DNA from: Girardia tigrina
Lineage: Eukaryota
Reading direction: 5' to 3'
Length of the DNA stretch: 64,000 nucleotides
NCBI GenBank assembly: GCA_001938485.1
Contig: MQRK01244371.1
Coordinates: 1 to 64,000 of the forward strand
Part shown: in pieces, positions 26,699 to 40,300 of the stretch
Numbering within the stretch: position 1 is the stretch's first letter
How the letters are laid out: each line of letters starts with the position of its first letter
Program-made: the position numbers and the translations under genes
The notes under the pieces: generated by a model
Seen by the model: only the letters and a program-made list of their open reading frames with translations
What the model was told of the DNA's origin: nothing
The model's database searches: none

Positions 26699-28042
26699 TT
26701 AAAAATAAGTCAGATAATACAAAACAAAAACCAAAAAAACTTGAAAACATAACTTCATTCCATTCATCAGATGAATTTGTATGGTCAAATTATTCCCCTG
26801 AGCATTCACAGGTTCGCGTTAAAAATAACAAGTGCAACAATGAAAATGAAAAAAAAGCGAAAGAATAAACTGAACTAAAGTATTTAATTTGGATTGCAAT
26901 ATTATTGATTCAAAAAAATTAATTTATTGTAGCGCATTAATTAATTTAAATAAACTTTGGCACTATTTTGGTTCATTTTAAGTTACTCGGTTAATTTTTG
27001 TGATAATTGGCAGAAAATTGGAGTTAAGTTATAATGTTAAAGGTCAAACCATTGTTCGGTACAAAAATAATTGTCTTAATCGACGGAAAATAGTATCTTA
27101 GACATTTTGTATAAATATAAGTTTCTTAACTACTCTAGATCCAGTAGAAAGTGCTTGTCTATTTCAGCACATTTTAGAATAATATAATCTTGCAAGTTAC
27201 AAAATATTTGATGTTGGATTAATTGTATAAACAAGTAGTTCGTCCATAGGCCAAATAATAAAAGGTAAAGCTGTCAAAAACATGGCACAGTCTATGGAAT
27301 TCTTTTGAGTTTAGGTGGAATTTTTCCAAGTTATTTCTGTAAACTCTAAGAAATGCATTAAAATACTAAATTTAAATGTATTGATTCATACTGACATCCT
27401 TCAAATAATAACCTACCAGCAGAATCAAGCAATTCCAAGTGGAAAAATTCTTGGTTATCTAAAAAATACCGAGGTTCTCGAATGACCTGGAAACATAAAT
27501 TGTAAAAGTCATGACAAAAGTTTTCTACGACAGTTAGAAAAAAGTTAAACTAAAAAGTAAGTATTTCCCTACAAAATATTAACATAACATAGTACTGTTT
27601 GTATGTTTGACTGCTTAATGTTAATTGTATCCTTAAACTATGAATTTTCAAATACTTATTGTTATTGATTATTTTTCAGTAAAAATTAAAATAAAAATCT
27701 AATTTTGTAGCTCTTATTCTAAACTGTTGGACAGTACTCTATTTTAAATTTTAAGCAATCTTAAATGTGTAGAAAGTTTATGTTCAAACTAATAATCTCT
27801 TTTTACCAGCCCAAAAACAGTATTATTGTGTAAGTTAAATAAATTTTCTTTAACATTTTTCTATTGAAAATCAACTTTCACCTTCATAGAGTTTTTTTTG
27901 CAAACAACAAAAAACATTTTTATTTTTTCCCTAAAGTCTGTGTCGACGGATTTTATCCGAAGCAAACAAAGGGAAACCAGCTGTGGGTTATGTGTGACTC
28001 GGTGAAATTATTGATTGGCTACACTGATATGCAAGGTTTTTA

Positions 28043-28094
<52 letters not shown>

Positions 28095-28176
28095 NNNNNN
28101 NNNNNNNNNNNNNNNNNNNNNNNNNNNNNNNNNNNNNNNNNNNNNNNNNNNNNNNNNNNNNNNNNNNNNNNNNNNN

Positions 28177-28214
<38 letters not shown>

Positions 28215-29713
28215 GTTTTTAATAATGTTTAAATGTTAAAGATACGTTTTACAAAATTAAGTCATGTGATAGATGTTTAGGATATCGTCCAAGGCTAAAA
28301 TATAAAATAATTTAATTTACTTTATAATATTTCATGTATATTTTAGTCTTTCGATTTTTAACGAGTGAAAATTAAAGTTTCTAAAAAATACTGAAATATT
28401 AATTAGTTTTATAATGACAAGATTAAGTCCAAATCTTAGAGACGAACACAATTGTCTTTTGACTTAAATCGTACTTATTTTAAACAAAAAATCTAAATTT
28501 ATAACCATACATATATTAAACTAAGAATTTATTATACGTTTTGATATTGGTTCAATTTTAGAGAAATAAATAAATTTATTATTCCAAATCGTTTTATAAT
28601 CTCATAAGAATTTTCTTGAAGTGATTATTTTCGCCTCAAATTTCTTTTCCGGTGATGAAAATATCATAAAAAGTAAGTATTTGTCATAAGTCTAATTTAT
28701 ATTTTAAAAATTGTGTTTTTAGTTGATTTGTCAAAAGCTTCATAATAAGTGGTTCATTCAAAAAGGTATAGGACTAGGTAGGAAGGACAAATACTATTTT
28801 GTTTTTTTAGTGATTTTTATAATAATATTATGTATTTATTCATATAGCGGATGAGTTAGTTTGTTTTAATTTTTTATTTAAATTTCAGGAAAATGGACGC
28901 CATATAATACTGAAGTGTTATACAATTTTATATGTTGCTCGAAAAGATCACTATAAAAATATTTCGTGATATGGCATACGCTTATAAAAACAAACGTCCT
29001 TTGAGATCAACATTGTAGAAATCAATTTCAAAATTCAAAATTTTTCAAATATTGGTCAGTCAGAGATTTCCGAGGAAAAATTTGGTTATTGTGAGTTATT
29101 AATTTGATAGTACAGATGAATTAAGATTACAGAGTTTTGGCTGAATAAGTCTGAATTTATGTTTCAATATGCCATAACATCCATTAAAAAGTCGGTTATC
29201 GGTATTTGTGTTCTCGAAATTTCTTAAATCAGAAATGAGAGATGTGAGTAATGCAAACTGCAAACTTGGCACTTTAGAAACGCTATGGTTCATTTCAAAC
29301 ATTATTACTCAGAACTAATCTCATTTGATCCTTTATTTACCACAGGCCAAGCATGATTCAAGTTAGTTGTAAATAATTCGTCAAAATGCTCCATTGAAAT
29401 ATAAATCCTGAACTAGCATCACAACTGTTTATTATTGCCTGTGTTGAGAATCAAATAAATGTTATCCGTACAAATTATATGATTCAGGGATCTTTTGTTA
29501 CAACTCCAATCTATGCAGCTGGAATGAATGAATGCTGGAGAAAAATAAGAAAGGAAAGAAACTCGTTAATGTGGTTGTTTGTTTGAAATGCTCCGTATAT
29601 TCTTCTGTTGAAAGTTCAGTTATTCAAAACTGTGGCTTTACATCTCTTCATAAATCACAATATAGCCGAAATATTACGCTTTCAGACATTTATTTATGAA
29701 ATCACCTGAAAAC

Positions 29714-29761
<48 letters not shown>

Positions 29762-31043
29762 GGATTTTATTTGGATAATACTAAGGACTTCCAAAATTTT
29801 TTTGCTAAGAAAAATAAAATTTTCTTCAGAAAATTATTTGACGAACTGTAGAAAGTTATTATAGGCCAATGGTGGATGCATAAAAACGTAATTGATATGT
29901 ATTATAAGCAGCTATTTATTGATTGCTATACACTAACTTACCTTGCTTGCTATTTTTCATGAACAGACAAGGACATACGTAAACTTTGTCAGGAATTTGA
30001 ATATATTATGAAAAACAATAGTTATGACTATGTTAAAAGAGTAACAAATGTGACAAATTGCATATATCAATATCAAAAAAAGATAAATTAAAAACAGCAT
30101 ATTCTATTTAACTGAAAAGAGCTTAAATGATAAAAATGATAAATATTTATTAATGAAAAAACAATTATTGTTCACTTTTTTTCCTATTATTATTTTATGT
30201 AAAATAAAATACACAAATAAAACATTCACAAATAAGTATTTGATAAAATATTATAATGGTATTCATCATTTAATTGTTTATAAAATTTTATACTATTATC
30301 GCGAGAATGGCAAATCCCAATTCTCAATAAATCATATTTTCCCCTTTAATTCAAACATTTTCAATTTAAATTTACAAAAGTAAAATCTCTATAGTTTATC
30401 TTTATACAATTTAAAAATAATGCAGTAAAATTGTTAATTAATGTACAATGTGCAATATGTATTAGTAAGCCACTTTAGTTTTCATTAACCGATTATTGGT
30501 ACAGCATCAATCACAGTAATGAATAACAATCAAGACTCCCTCCTCTACAACCATACAGAAATATCCTTATTTAGACAAACTATAACAGTTATAATCAGAA
30601 AGTAGATATACATTCAATTTTTAGATAAAATTCAGTAGATTTTTTTGTTCTGTGTCTGAAAGATAAAAATCCCGAACTCTATAATAATTATTTCCATTAA
30701 GACAAATAACAGATGTTTTCAAAAAATGTTATTGTCAGATAAATTCTAATTCATAATATAAATAACAATTTTATTATTATATTATGTCGTTAAATGTTTC
30801 TAAAACACAATAAATATTGAAATTTTATAATATTTCAAACATCAATGAAAAAACTAATGTATGATAATTTGTAACATGACTTTTAGGATTGAATTTTTAA
30901 AATATATGACCATAATTTGATAATAAAAGATTGATGATATGCTTCATGTAGTACATCAGGTCAGTTTTAGGATTCAAAGAGACCACTACTTATGGTTGTA
31001 GAAGTTGATGAAATACGTTTCGATAAACTGAATATTCATTATT

Positions 31044-31195
31044 ATTTGTAAAATAATTTGTAAATATAATTTGTAATATAATTTGTAAATATAATATTTG
31101 TAAATAATAACTTGTAAATAATAATTTGTAAAAATAATTTGTAAATAATAATTTGTAAAAATAATTTGTAAATATAATTTGTAATATAATTTGTA
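31044..31195. repeat. AT-rich minisatellite with 11-15-bp units and core ATTTGTA
   Basis: About 12 imperfect tandem units are directly visible. Confidence 0.9.
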
Positions 31196-31292
31196 GAATA
31201 ACTATTAAACTGCATATTTACATTTAAAATGAAGCACAATTTAAAAATCAAAAGTTTGACATTGATATCTAAAAATATATAGAATAAAAATA

Positions 31293-31340
<48 letters not shown>

Positions 31341-31372
31341 CAATATTTGAAAAAGAAATTTACAAATAAAAC

Positions 31373-34300
31373 CTTATATGTATCTTCTTCTTCTGTTGAC
31401 ATAGGATCTTCTAATTTATTATCTTTAAATTTATTTGAAAAATGATTTTCCATATTATAATAGGATAAGGGATTTTCATTCGGATAAACATTTGTAGACG
31501 ATCTTGAGACACTTACTGGGGATTTGGTTTGCTTGGTCATCTGTTAATTAAAAATAATAAATACATTAAATTATTTTTATAACTGTAAAAATTACAATAA
31601 CTAAATACCTTTGCTTTTACATACAACAAATTAAAGATAAACTAGTAAATCAAAAAATATTTTTAATATTCATTCATTATGCAGGCAGAACTTTCCTTAG
31701 CCAACAGAATTTTTTTTATTATCTTTTATGGAAGGGAAAATTACTATTACATTTCTTAATACATTTATTATATTATGAGTAACTTTAAATTTTTTGTACT
31801 TTCATACAAAAACTTTTATGATTGCATTTTGCAATTAAATAGTTACTAATAACAAAATAAATTTATTATAAAGCAAGGAAGAAAAAAAACCGAAACATTT
31901 CTATATGATACAGTTTAAACATTTGTTGGTAATCGTAAAACGTTTTTTGCAAAATTATTTTGCTTTACTAGTGTTGGGAGCGTTCATAAAATATAAAATT
32001 TTTGAAGCTTATAAAATTATTAAATAAACAATTACATTCCGTAAAATATTGTTATAAATATGTTAAAATAAAATTTTCTAGAAATTTAATGTAAAAAATT
32101 AATTTAAGTAAGAAATAAAATACATTTTACGGTAGGGTTATTAAAAGATTTATGTAAAGATTTATTATAAAGTAAAAAAGTTAATTTCAAATTAGCAAGT
32201 ATTCAATACTATATGACAGATAAAATCAAATTATAATATTGTCTTCAGTCATTGGGAAAAGTTATTTAAATCAACTATCTGTTGATCAGAAGTTACCGCT
32301 GAAATAAAGAATACTTCAAGATCTTGCATCACATTAGGTAGAGCATCTCTTATAACCTGATCTGTATTTGACTATTCATACTGACTTAAAATGATTGTTT
32401 ACCAGTGAGATTGAAATCTATTAAATAAATGAATATCTGAAGCTGATTATGAATCTATCATTTCCTTTAACGATGTACCAGCATCAAGTTCAATGATGTG
32501 ATTGCACCATGCAAGATACAGAATTCACCACTTTAGCAGTTATTACAACAAAATACATGCAACAGATTTACGGCCTGTTTCAAACTTTTTATATTATAGT
32601 TGTATTATTTAATTTATTTAATTATTCTATATACGATAAATTTATAAAACAAAAGAGATAGTAAAAGATATAAATGAAAATAAAATCGAAATAATAGTCA
32701 AAATAAATTATAACTCAAGTGCAGATCAGTTTTCGAATATCTGGCATACAATGTTTTACCGTTCTATAAATAGTCTTTGGTATCCTTTCAAAAGTTCATT
32801 TGGTTGAGATTAAAATTGTTTTAGAGCCCTTGGAAATTTTTGAGCGTTAGTTGCCGCATCTTTCATTTCGAAAAAGAAATACACATGTTTTCCTGAACTC
32901 CAAAAAGACTTATTTGCAATTCTTTAATTTAAACGATGTTATTTGAAGTAAAGGTATTGATTTCCCATGGTATCCAAATATGTGCGCATCCTCTCAATGT
33001 ACATGAAACAGCATCGTTTCTCTTACAAAATTTATCACTGTCATTTTCAATTCATCTAAATGTCACATAAACATTTAAAATGACTCTTAAGTTGGATAAT
33101 TAAGACAAAATCGCTAAGTTCGATTTTTTTTCGCTAAGTTTCGCTGAAGCGAAACACATTCCTTTCAGTAGTTTGCTTTTCTACGCAAAATCTATATAGA
33201 TAATACCATATGAATCACAGAAGATTTTCAGCATGAGCACTCGTCAATAAGATGTTCAAATCTTAAATTTCTTCGAACTTCTATCTCAAAAGAATTCTTA
33301 TTTTTTAATCCCTTCAGATTCACATAAATGTATAATGGTAACGTTTCATTTTCAGTGAGAATATTTTGCTAAAAATTCTATAATCAATATCAGCATAAAT
33401 TTTAAGATTCAAAAACAGTTTCGAAATCTTTAATCCCATAAATCATAGTTTAAAGGTCCGAAACAAACTTTGAACATGATTTTTAATTTCCAATGATGTC
33501 ATCATATTATGAACTGTACCATAGTTTATTATATGTTCCACACAATGGCTGTAAATTTTCAATACAATTATGCAACTTTATTCATCATCTGAGAATATAT
33601 TTGTCAGAAAATTCGCCGCAAACCTTGTTGTCATTAAAAACATTTTTCAAACAAACTCATGTTATTTTGCTTAAGTGTCTACAAATATTCAGTTTGTACA
33701 TTTTATGAATACAGAACGTTGTTTAATTTGGTAATATGGTGACTTTTTGACGATACTCTGTAACATTATAAAAGTGTTTCTTCACAATTATTTAAATTTA
33801 TGACGCATTTTGAAAAATTTCAAAAAATGATCAAGGTATTTACTACATGGTATTAATTAAGATAATAATTATATTATGACAAATATATGTACTTTTATTG
33901 GAAAAGTTTTTTAATAAGCAAATTGCAAAAAAACATTTCCTCCTGCCGACAAAACATGTGAATAATCTCCGGGTGAGTAACTGTAGGGCAACAATCCCCT
34001 TATATTGAATATACATGCAATGTAACATGAGGATTTTTGCAGCTCTTCATTGGCTACTTCAATCAACCAATGATATCAACAGTTAATGTTTTTGTTATTT
34101 AAATTATCTATTAGATTCTTCTATTTATTTCATTAACTGATTCTTATATTAAAAATCAATGATGGTTAATTAAAAATCATCTTTCATCCACCAATAAATA
34201 CAGATATGCAATCTATATACATACAATAAATATTATGCAAATGTGAAGGTCAAATAGTGAATATATTGCACGATTATCAATCGATCATAGCACAAATATT

Positions 34301-37300
34301 AATAAATAAAAAAACATTTGATAACAAATCATCGGGTTTACTTTTAGAATTTGTTTTTATTTTTATTTAATTATATATTTTAAATTTTCTAGAAATAGAA
34401 TATCTTATAAAGAAAACTTATTTTCATTTTATCATTTAATTATGACAAGATTTATTATAAAAACTGAGGAATATTTTTTAATGTTACATGTTGTCTTAAT
34501 CAGATGTCACTCCTGATCCTTGATCCTCGTTAATTAATATTTTTAAATTTTTATTGTCGGAAATTATTTAATGAAAAAAATTTTTATTTTTATATTTTTA
34601 ACGTAAAAAAAACTTCTTAAATTGATTAATAATTTTGATGCTGTAAGCAGTTGTAGGTCAATCCAAATTAGAACCTGAGCACGGACTAAAATTTAAACAT
34701 TTTCAAAGAAAATTTATACATTAATGAAGCAACTAGTTTTAACAGCAAAATAAAAAATGCTAAATTTTTATTGAAAAGTACACAAATTAGCTACATATAC
34801 AATTATTATAAAATTAACTTTCTATGCTTTTAATGTAGCAAATTCATTAATTACCATATCAAAATTAATTTTCTTTTTAGTATTTTTACAGAATGGGAAT
34901 AAATTACTGTCTATTCCTCTCTTCCATAAAGTGCATTTGAAAGAAATTTATAAAAATCTGAGATGAGAAAGAAAGGGAAATATTCGCAACATAGTGAACT
35001 ATTTATGGCGATTTAAAAGTGCTAAGAATGCTTCTTTGTCAAAATCTTTATACACAAAAGTCCCTTTTCTTTGTGTGAGTGAGACAGCATGAGTAAATAC
35101 TGCAAGGAGAAGAAATGATCTAAGAGAAGCAATCTGTCATCATGAAATAAGATATTATCAACAAGATTTTAGTTTCACCAAGGGAAGCCTTACTTCCAAC
35201 GCAACATATAAAGCAGTGTTTGAAAAATTGAAATATTGAAAAAAAACTATTTTTTGTACATGTATACATATTTTATATGTTGTATTTAATACATTGTTAT
35301 TGTCCTAAATTATCGCTATTTGACTTTTATATTTGTTAGATTTTTGTAAAAAAAAATCAATTATAGAAACAGTTAATTAAGTATTAACACCCATTTTTAT
35401 TTGTATGTTTCTATCTATTACAGATTTCTTTTTGAAGATTAGATGAGTTTCTTCTTAAGTTCTAATCACTTTGACTGACTATTTATTTACGATTTTGTTT
35501 TGTGAAAAATTCTTTCCATTCTTGTTTTCAGTTAGATATCAAAAAATAGTGTTTCTTATATGAAACACTAATAAAATAAAAATAAAATAATATAAAAATT
35601 GATAAAAAATAATGATAAAATAATTGGATAGTGTAAAATTATTGTTAAACAAGTGTCTGTTTATCTGAAAAAATATTCTGTTTAATAAATTATTAATAAT
35701 CAAAGTAAAATAAAATAATCATGAAATAATTATTTTATGTTATTTTCCTTTAATAAAATAATTGTTCAAAAATCAATTTACTTTTCAAAAAATTACATAT
35801 TATTAAAATTACATCTAGCCTCTAGATGATTAATTTGAAAAAAATATAATAATAAAATGAATAAATTATATTTATTTACTAAATCAAATCATTTGTTAAG
35901 TTAGTTGTCTGTTTTTGTTTTACCAATTTTTAATATTATTTTTCTAGAGACATTTAACATTGTTATAAATAGATTAATAAAAACATAAATCTCATAGCAT
36001 GTCTTATTTATGGACTTATAATTATTTTTATAAATAGAATAAGAATAAAATTGATAATAAATGCTTACTTTTAGGGCATTTTGTAGATTATTATTATATA
36101 AATGTAAATGTCTTAATCGAGTCTTTATATCATTTTAATATACTTTTTCGAGTCACAGTAACTAGGTTTTTTTCTTGATCGTATAATATTATACGCATAA
36201 ATCCAAAGTATTATGACAGTTTTCATAATAAAATGTCAAATATAGAATACTACTTTTTTGTGAAGGAAACAAGTAAAACTTATATAACAGCACAATGAAT
36301 GTCACACCATTGGGGTAGAGGTAAATGCAAAATGTATAATGGATATGAATAGTTTTCTTATTAAACTACTATTTATGTCAATACTCCTCTTAAATATAAC
36401 AAAAAAATGGAAATTTTTGTAAATTTCTAAATTTAGTGTTCTCACTTCTTATTTTCAAACTTTTAAATTGCTTTTGTTTACATACGATTCTTAGTATTTC
36501 AAGTGAGAAAAAATAAAATGAATATTTCTAAGGCTTTTTTTACTGGAACTCTAAAGTTCAAGGTTTAATAAAATAAAAATTTTCATGGTCCAATTAATCA
36601 TTGTTTACCTTTAAACTAACAAATAAACATAAAACAGACCAATATAAAAAACTTAATGATTTTTATATGACATCTGATTGTTAATGTCAAACATAGAAAA
36701 GATAAAAACCTTCAGATGTGTTCCATTGCTAAAGTTTGCTCTCTTCATCTTGCAAGATAATAGATTGATTATATATAAAGGGTGTCCCAAAATTCACGCA
36801 ATAAGTAATTTTGATAGAAAACACAGGTTTATAATTAAAAATTGTAATTTTTTATTGATTTATATAGTATACAGTATATGGTTATGTATGGAATAGGATA
36901 TCGGGTAAATGGCCTCCATGACTTTGCTGACATATACGCAAATTTTTAAATACGCAATTGTTGAAATTTTTCATGATTGTTTTGCATAAATGTGACTGAA
37001 TTTCGTTCATACAGCGCTCAATTTCCTCATTCAAGGTGTGGGTGGTCGTGGGCTTGTTGATATAAACCTTAGACTTCAAAAAAACCCCAAAGAAAAAAAT
37101 CCAACGGCGTTCAATCGCATGATATGGGCGGCCAATTCTGATCACCAAAACGGGAAATTACACGACCAGGAAATGAAGCATGCAGTAATTGAATTGTTTC
37201 TCAGGACGTATGGCATGTGGCACTGTCTGATTGAAACCACATGCCGTCCACATCCATATCTTACTATATTGGCACAAAAACTGGATTATCATGTCGCGAT

Positions 37301-40300
37301 AGCGAGCACCATTAACCATTATTGTCTGATCAGCTGCATTTTCAAAGAAGAATGGTTCGATGAACCATCCAATTATAAACCTGTGTTTTCTATCAAAATT
37401 ACTTCTTGTGTGAATTTTGGGACACCCTTTAGAAACTGATTAATGTGATTAATAATATAATTATAAAATGAAAACTATGCTAGAAATTAAGTAACAACTA
37501 AAAAGTAAAAAAAAATTCAAAAAGAAAATGAAAATTTAAAAAGCCAATTTTAAATAAAATCATTTATAACAAAATATTATTTTTATAAATAACAAAATTA
37601 CAGTATTATATCCAGTTAAAGGGTAACGAATCTGAGATGAACGAGGAATTCCTCGAACACTCTGACTACCGGGAGAATGTATTATTGGAGTATGTATTTG
37701 TGGTACTGGAAAAAGTTTCAACCATAAAGAATTTCATTAGTAATTATAGAAAACCTGAACGTTTCTTGTCGAGATCCAAACAGTCAACAATTTTGTCCAC
37801 CCAAACATGCATCAACTCGAGCGAGTTTGCACTCAAATAATAAACTCTATTATTACCTTTGTCATCAACCGTCTGAATTGAAAAAACATTGCTTTTGTTA
37901 ACTTTTTTTCCAACATCAACGGCTAAACTTCCAAAATTTTCCATATTAATGTTACCTAATTAACATTGATCATACTTTTTTTACAATATATATATTGACT
38001 GACTTCTTATTCATAATTACAGAAAAATAATTACGCATTATTTAATAAATTAATTATTTTATAAATCATTAAATTAACTATTAAACTCTTACCAAGACTT
38101 CTGGTTTCTGGCGAAGGTTTATTCTTGAAATAAAGGAAATGTATATCATCGGGTTTATCAAGACTTTTAAAAAGTACAAAATATCGTTTTCTCCATCTCT
38201 GAAAATATTCTCGTAAAGAAATGCATATTTTTGTGGTTTAATATTAGAAAAAAGGTTGTAATAATTACAGTATCACTACAGCATAAATACATAAATATTG
38301 AAATTTTTATTAGTTGCTTTGAAAACTAAACAAATTTTTTACTAATCAAAATGAAAGATTTTTATTACTAAGTCGCAGTGTGACAAAAAATATTGAAATT
38401 TAATGAATTTATTTAAAACTTGATTGAAGATTTAATTTAAAATTTAGGAAAATTTTACAATCCCGGAAGCGTACAGAATGATATAAATTTCAAAGACTTT
38501 CTATTTTCTAAAGTTTGGAAAGTAATTTTTAAAATTATTATTTTAACATGGCTCGTCAAACAATTTAAAGGAAATTTATTCGCATTTATTACTATTTTCA
38601 AGATTTTATTAACCATGGCTGATCAATAAGTTTCCTGATTTGAATAATGCAGCATTTCTAATAGACATTATCTACCCATAAAGCAGTAGATGAAATGTGC
38701 ACAAGCGACTTTTGTGCTTATGTTTGCGTAATTGCAAATCATTAAACAATATATATATATATATATATATATNNNNNNNNNNNNNNNNNNNNNNNNNNNN
38801 NNNNNNNNNNNNNNNNNNNNNNTATATATATATATATATAATCATAGCATAATAAAATAAATACCGTATATGGATATTTTTTGATTATCCACATACAGAG
38901 GTCAGAACCATAATTTTTATGATTAGAAAAGTAGTCTAACGCACCAACAGATAATTGTGCACATTTCTGGAGGATGATGTACAAAGAACTTGAAGAACTT
39001 GAGGTGGCAGTGAGGCAATTGAAGAGCTGTACAGCAACAGGCTCAGATGAACTTATTCTTTAAGTATATAAATAGGGAGGTACGAATATCATCTCCCTAC
39101 TGGAAATATGCTTCAGGAATATATGGGACGGTGTGGAAGAATTCCCACCAAGTTGGAGAGAGGTCAGAGTGGTAATTCTCTTCAAAGGGAAAGGATTTCG
39201 TCAAGATCCGAATAACTATAGAGGTATTTTCCTTCTAGACGTAGGCGAAAAGTCTTTGCGAGATTTATTGCTAATCTTATTACTCCAATTATTGAAGCCT
39301 CACTGAACGAATGGCAATTTGGATTCCAGACAGGCAGAGGAACGCAACAAGTTATCAGCACCTTGAGAAAGCTACAGGAAGAAGCAAGATACATATTTGT
39401 AATTTTTATAGATCTGGAGAAAGCATTCGACAGTGTCCCCCATGAGTCTCTCAGGAGCTGTTTAAAGAGACTAGGGATAAGGGGGAGAATGTTTGAAGTC
39501 ATCAAAGCCTTCCATGAGGTATTTAAAGGTTCAATAGGGGATAAAACCTTCAATATGAACAAAATAGTTAGACAAGGTTGAGTTTTAGGTCCGCTCCTAT
39601 TCAATATCGTCATCGATAAAGTCCGGAAACGAGAGATATTGAATGGTCTCTCAGGAGGAGCAAAGATGACTATTGAAGATAGAAGCTGCCTCCGAGATCA
39701 ACAGATTGGCATACGCGGACGATCTCTGATAGACACCGACTGGAACAATCTAATCAGAAACCTAAATCTACTGAACGACTCATTTGTAGATTTAGTACTA
39801 AAGATCAATATCAATAAGAACAAAGTTATGAACCTAAACGGAGATACCAAAGTTCACACCACCGGACACCAGCTTGAGACTGGTATTGAGTGGGTAACCA
39901 AATTCGTCTATTCGCCTCAAATGAAACCGCTGAAGATAAGATAAGAGAAAGAATACAAAATGGAATCAAGAAGATCAGGGACCTCAAACCGGTTCTGCGA
40001 GGCACCAAACTCTCATTACGGAACAAGAAGAAGATTGTCAGCCCTTGCATACTTCCCGTAGTATACTACAGCTGCGAGAGTTGGCGAACAGGTAACAAAA
40101 CAATCAAGAAACTGGTTGCATTTCACAATTTGTGTACTCGCACAGTCATGAAAGTGCAGAAGACTGAGAAGATACAGATGGATACTATCGACATTAGACT
40201 CCCGCTTCCCATGGATATCATTGCAAGCAGAGGACTTGCCTATCATCGCAGGTTGGACACCTCTGATACACCAAATATTGTGAGGTGTGTGTGGAGAGCA

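Noticed and set aside
28960-29712. Coding-like minus-strand stretch (ORF 29099-29302) as a further exon
   Set aside because: Stops in the frames tested, and no recognisable family or phase link to the PH gene.
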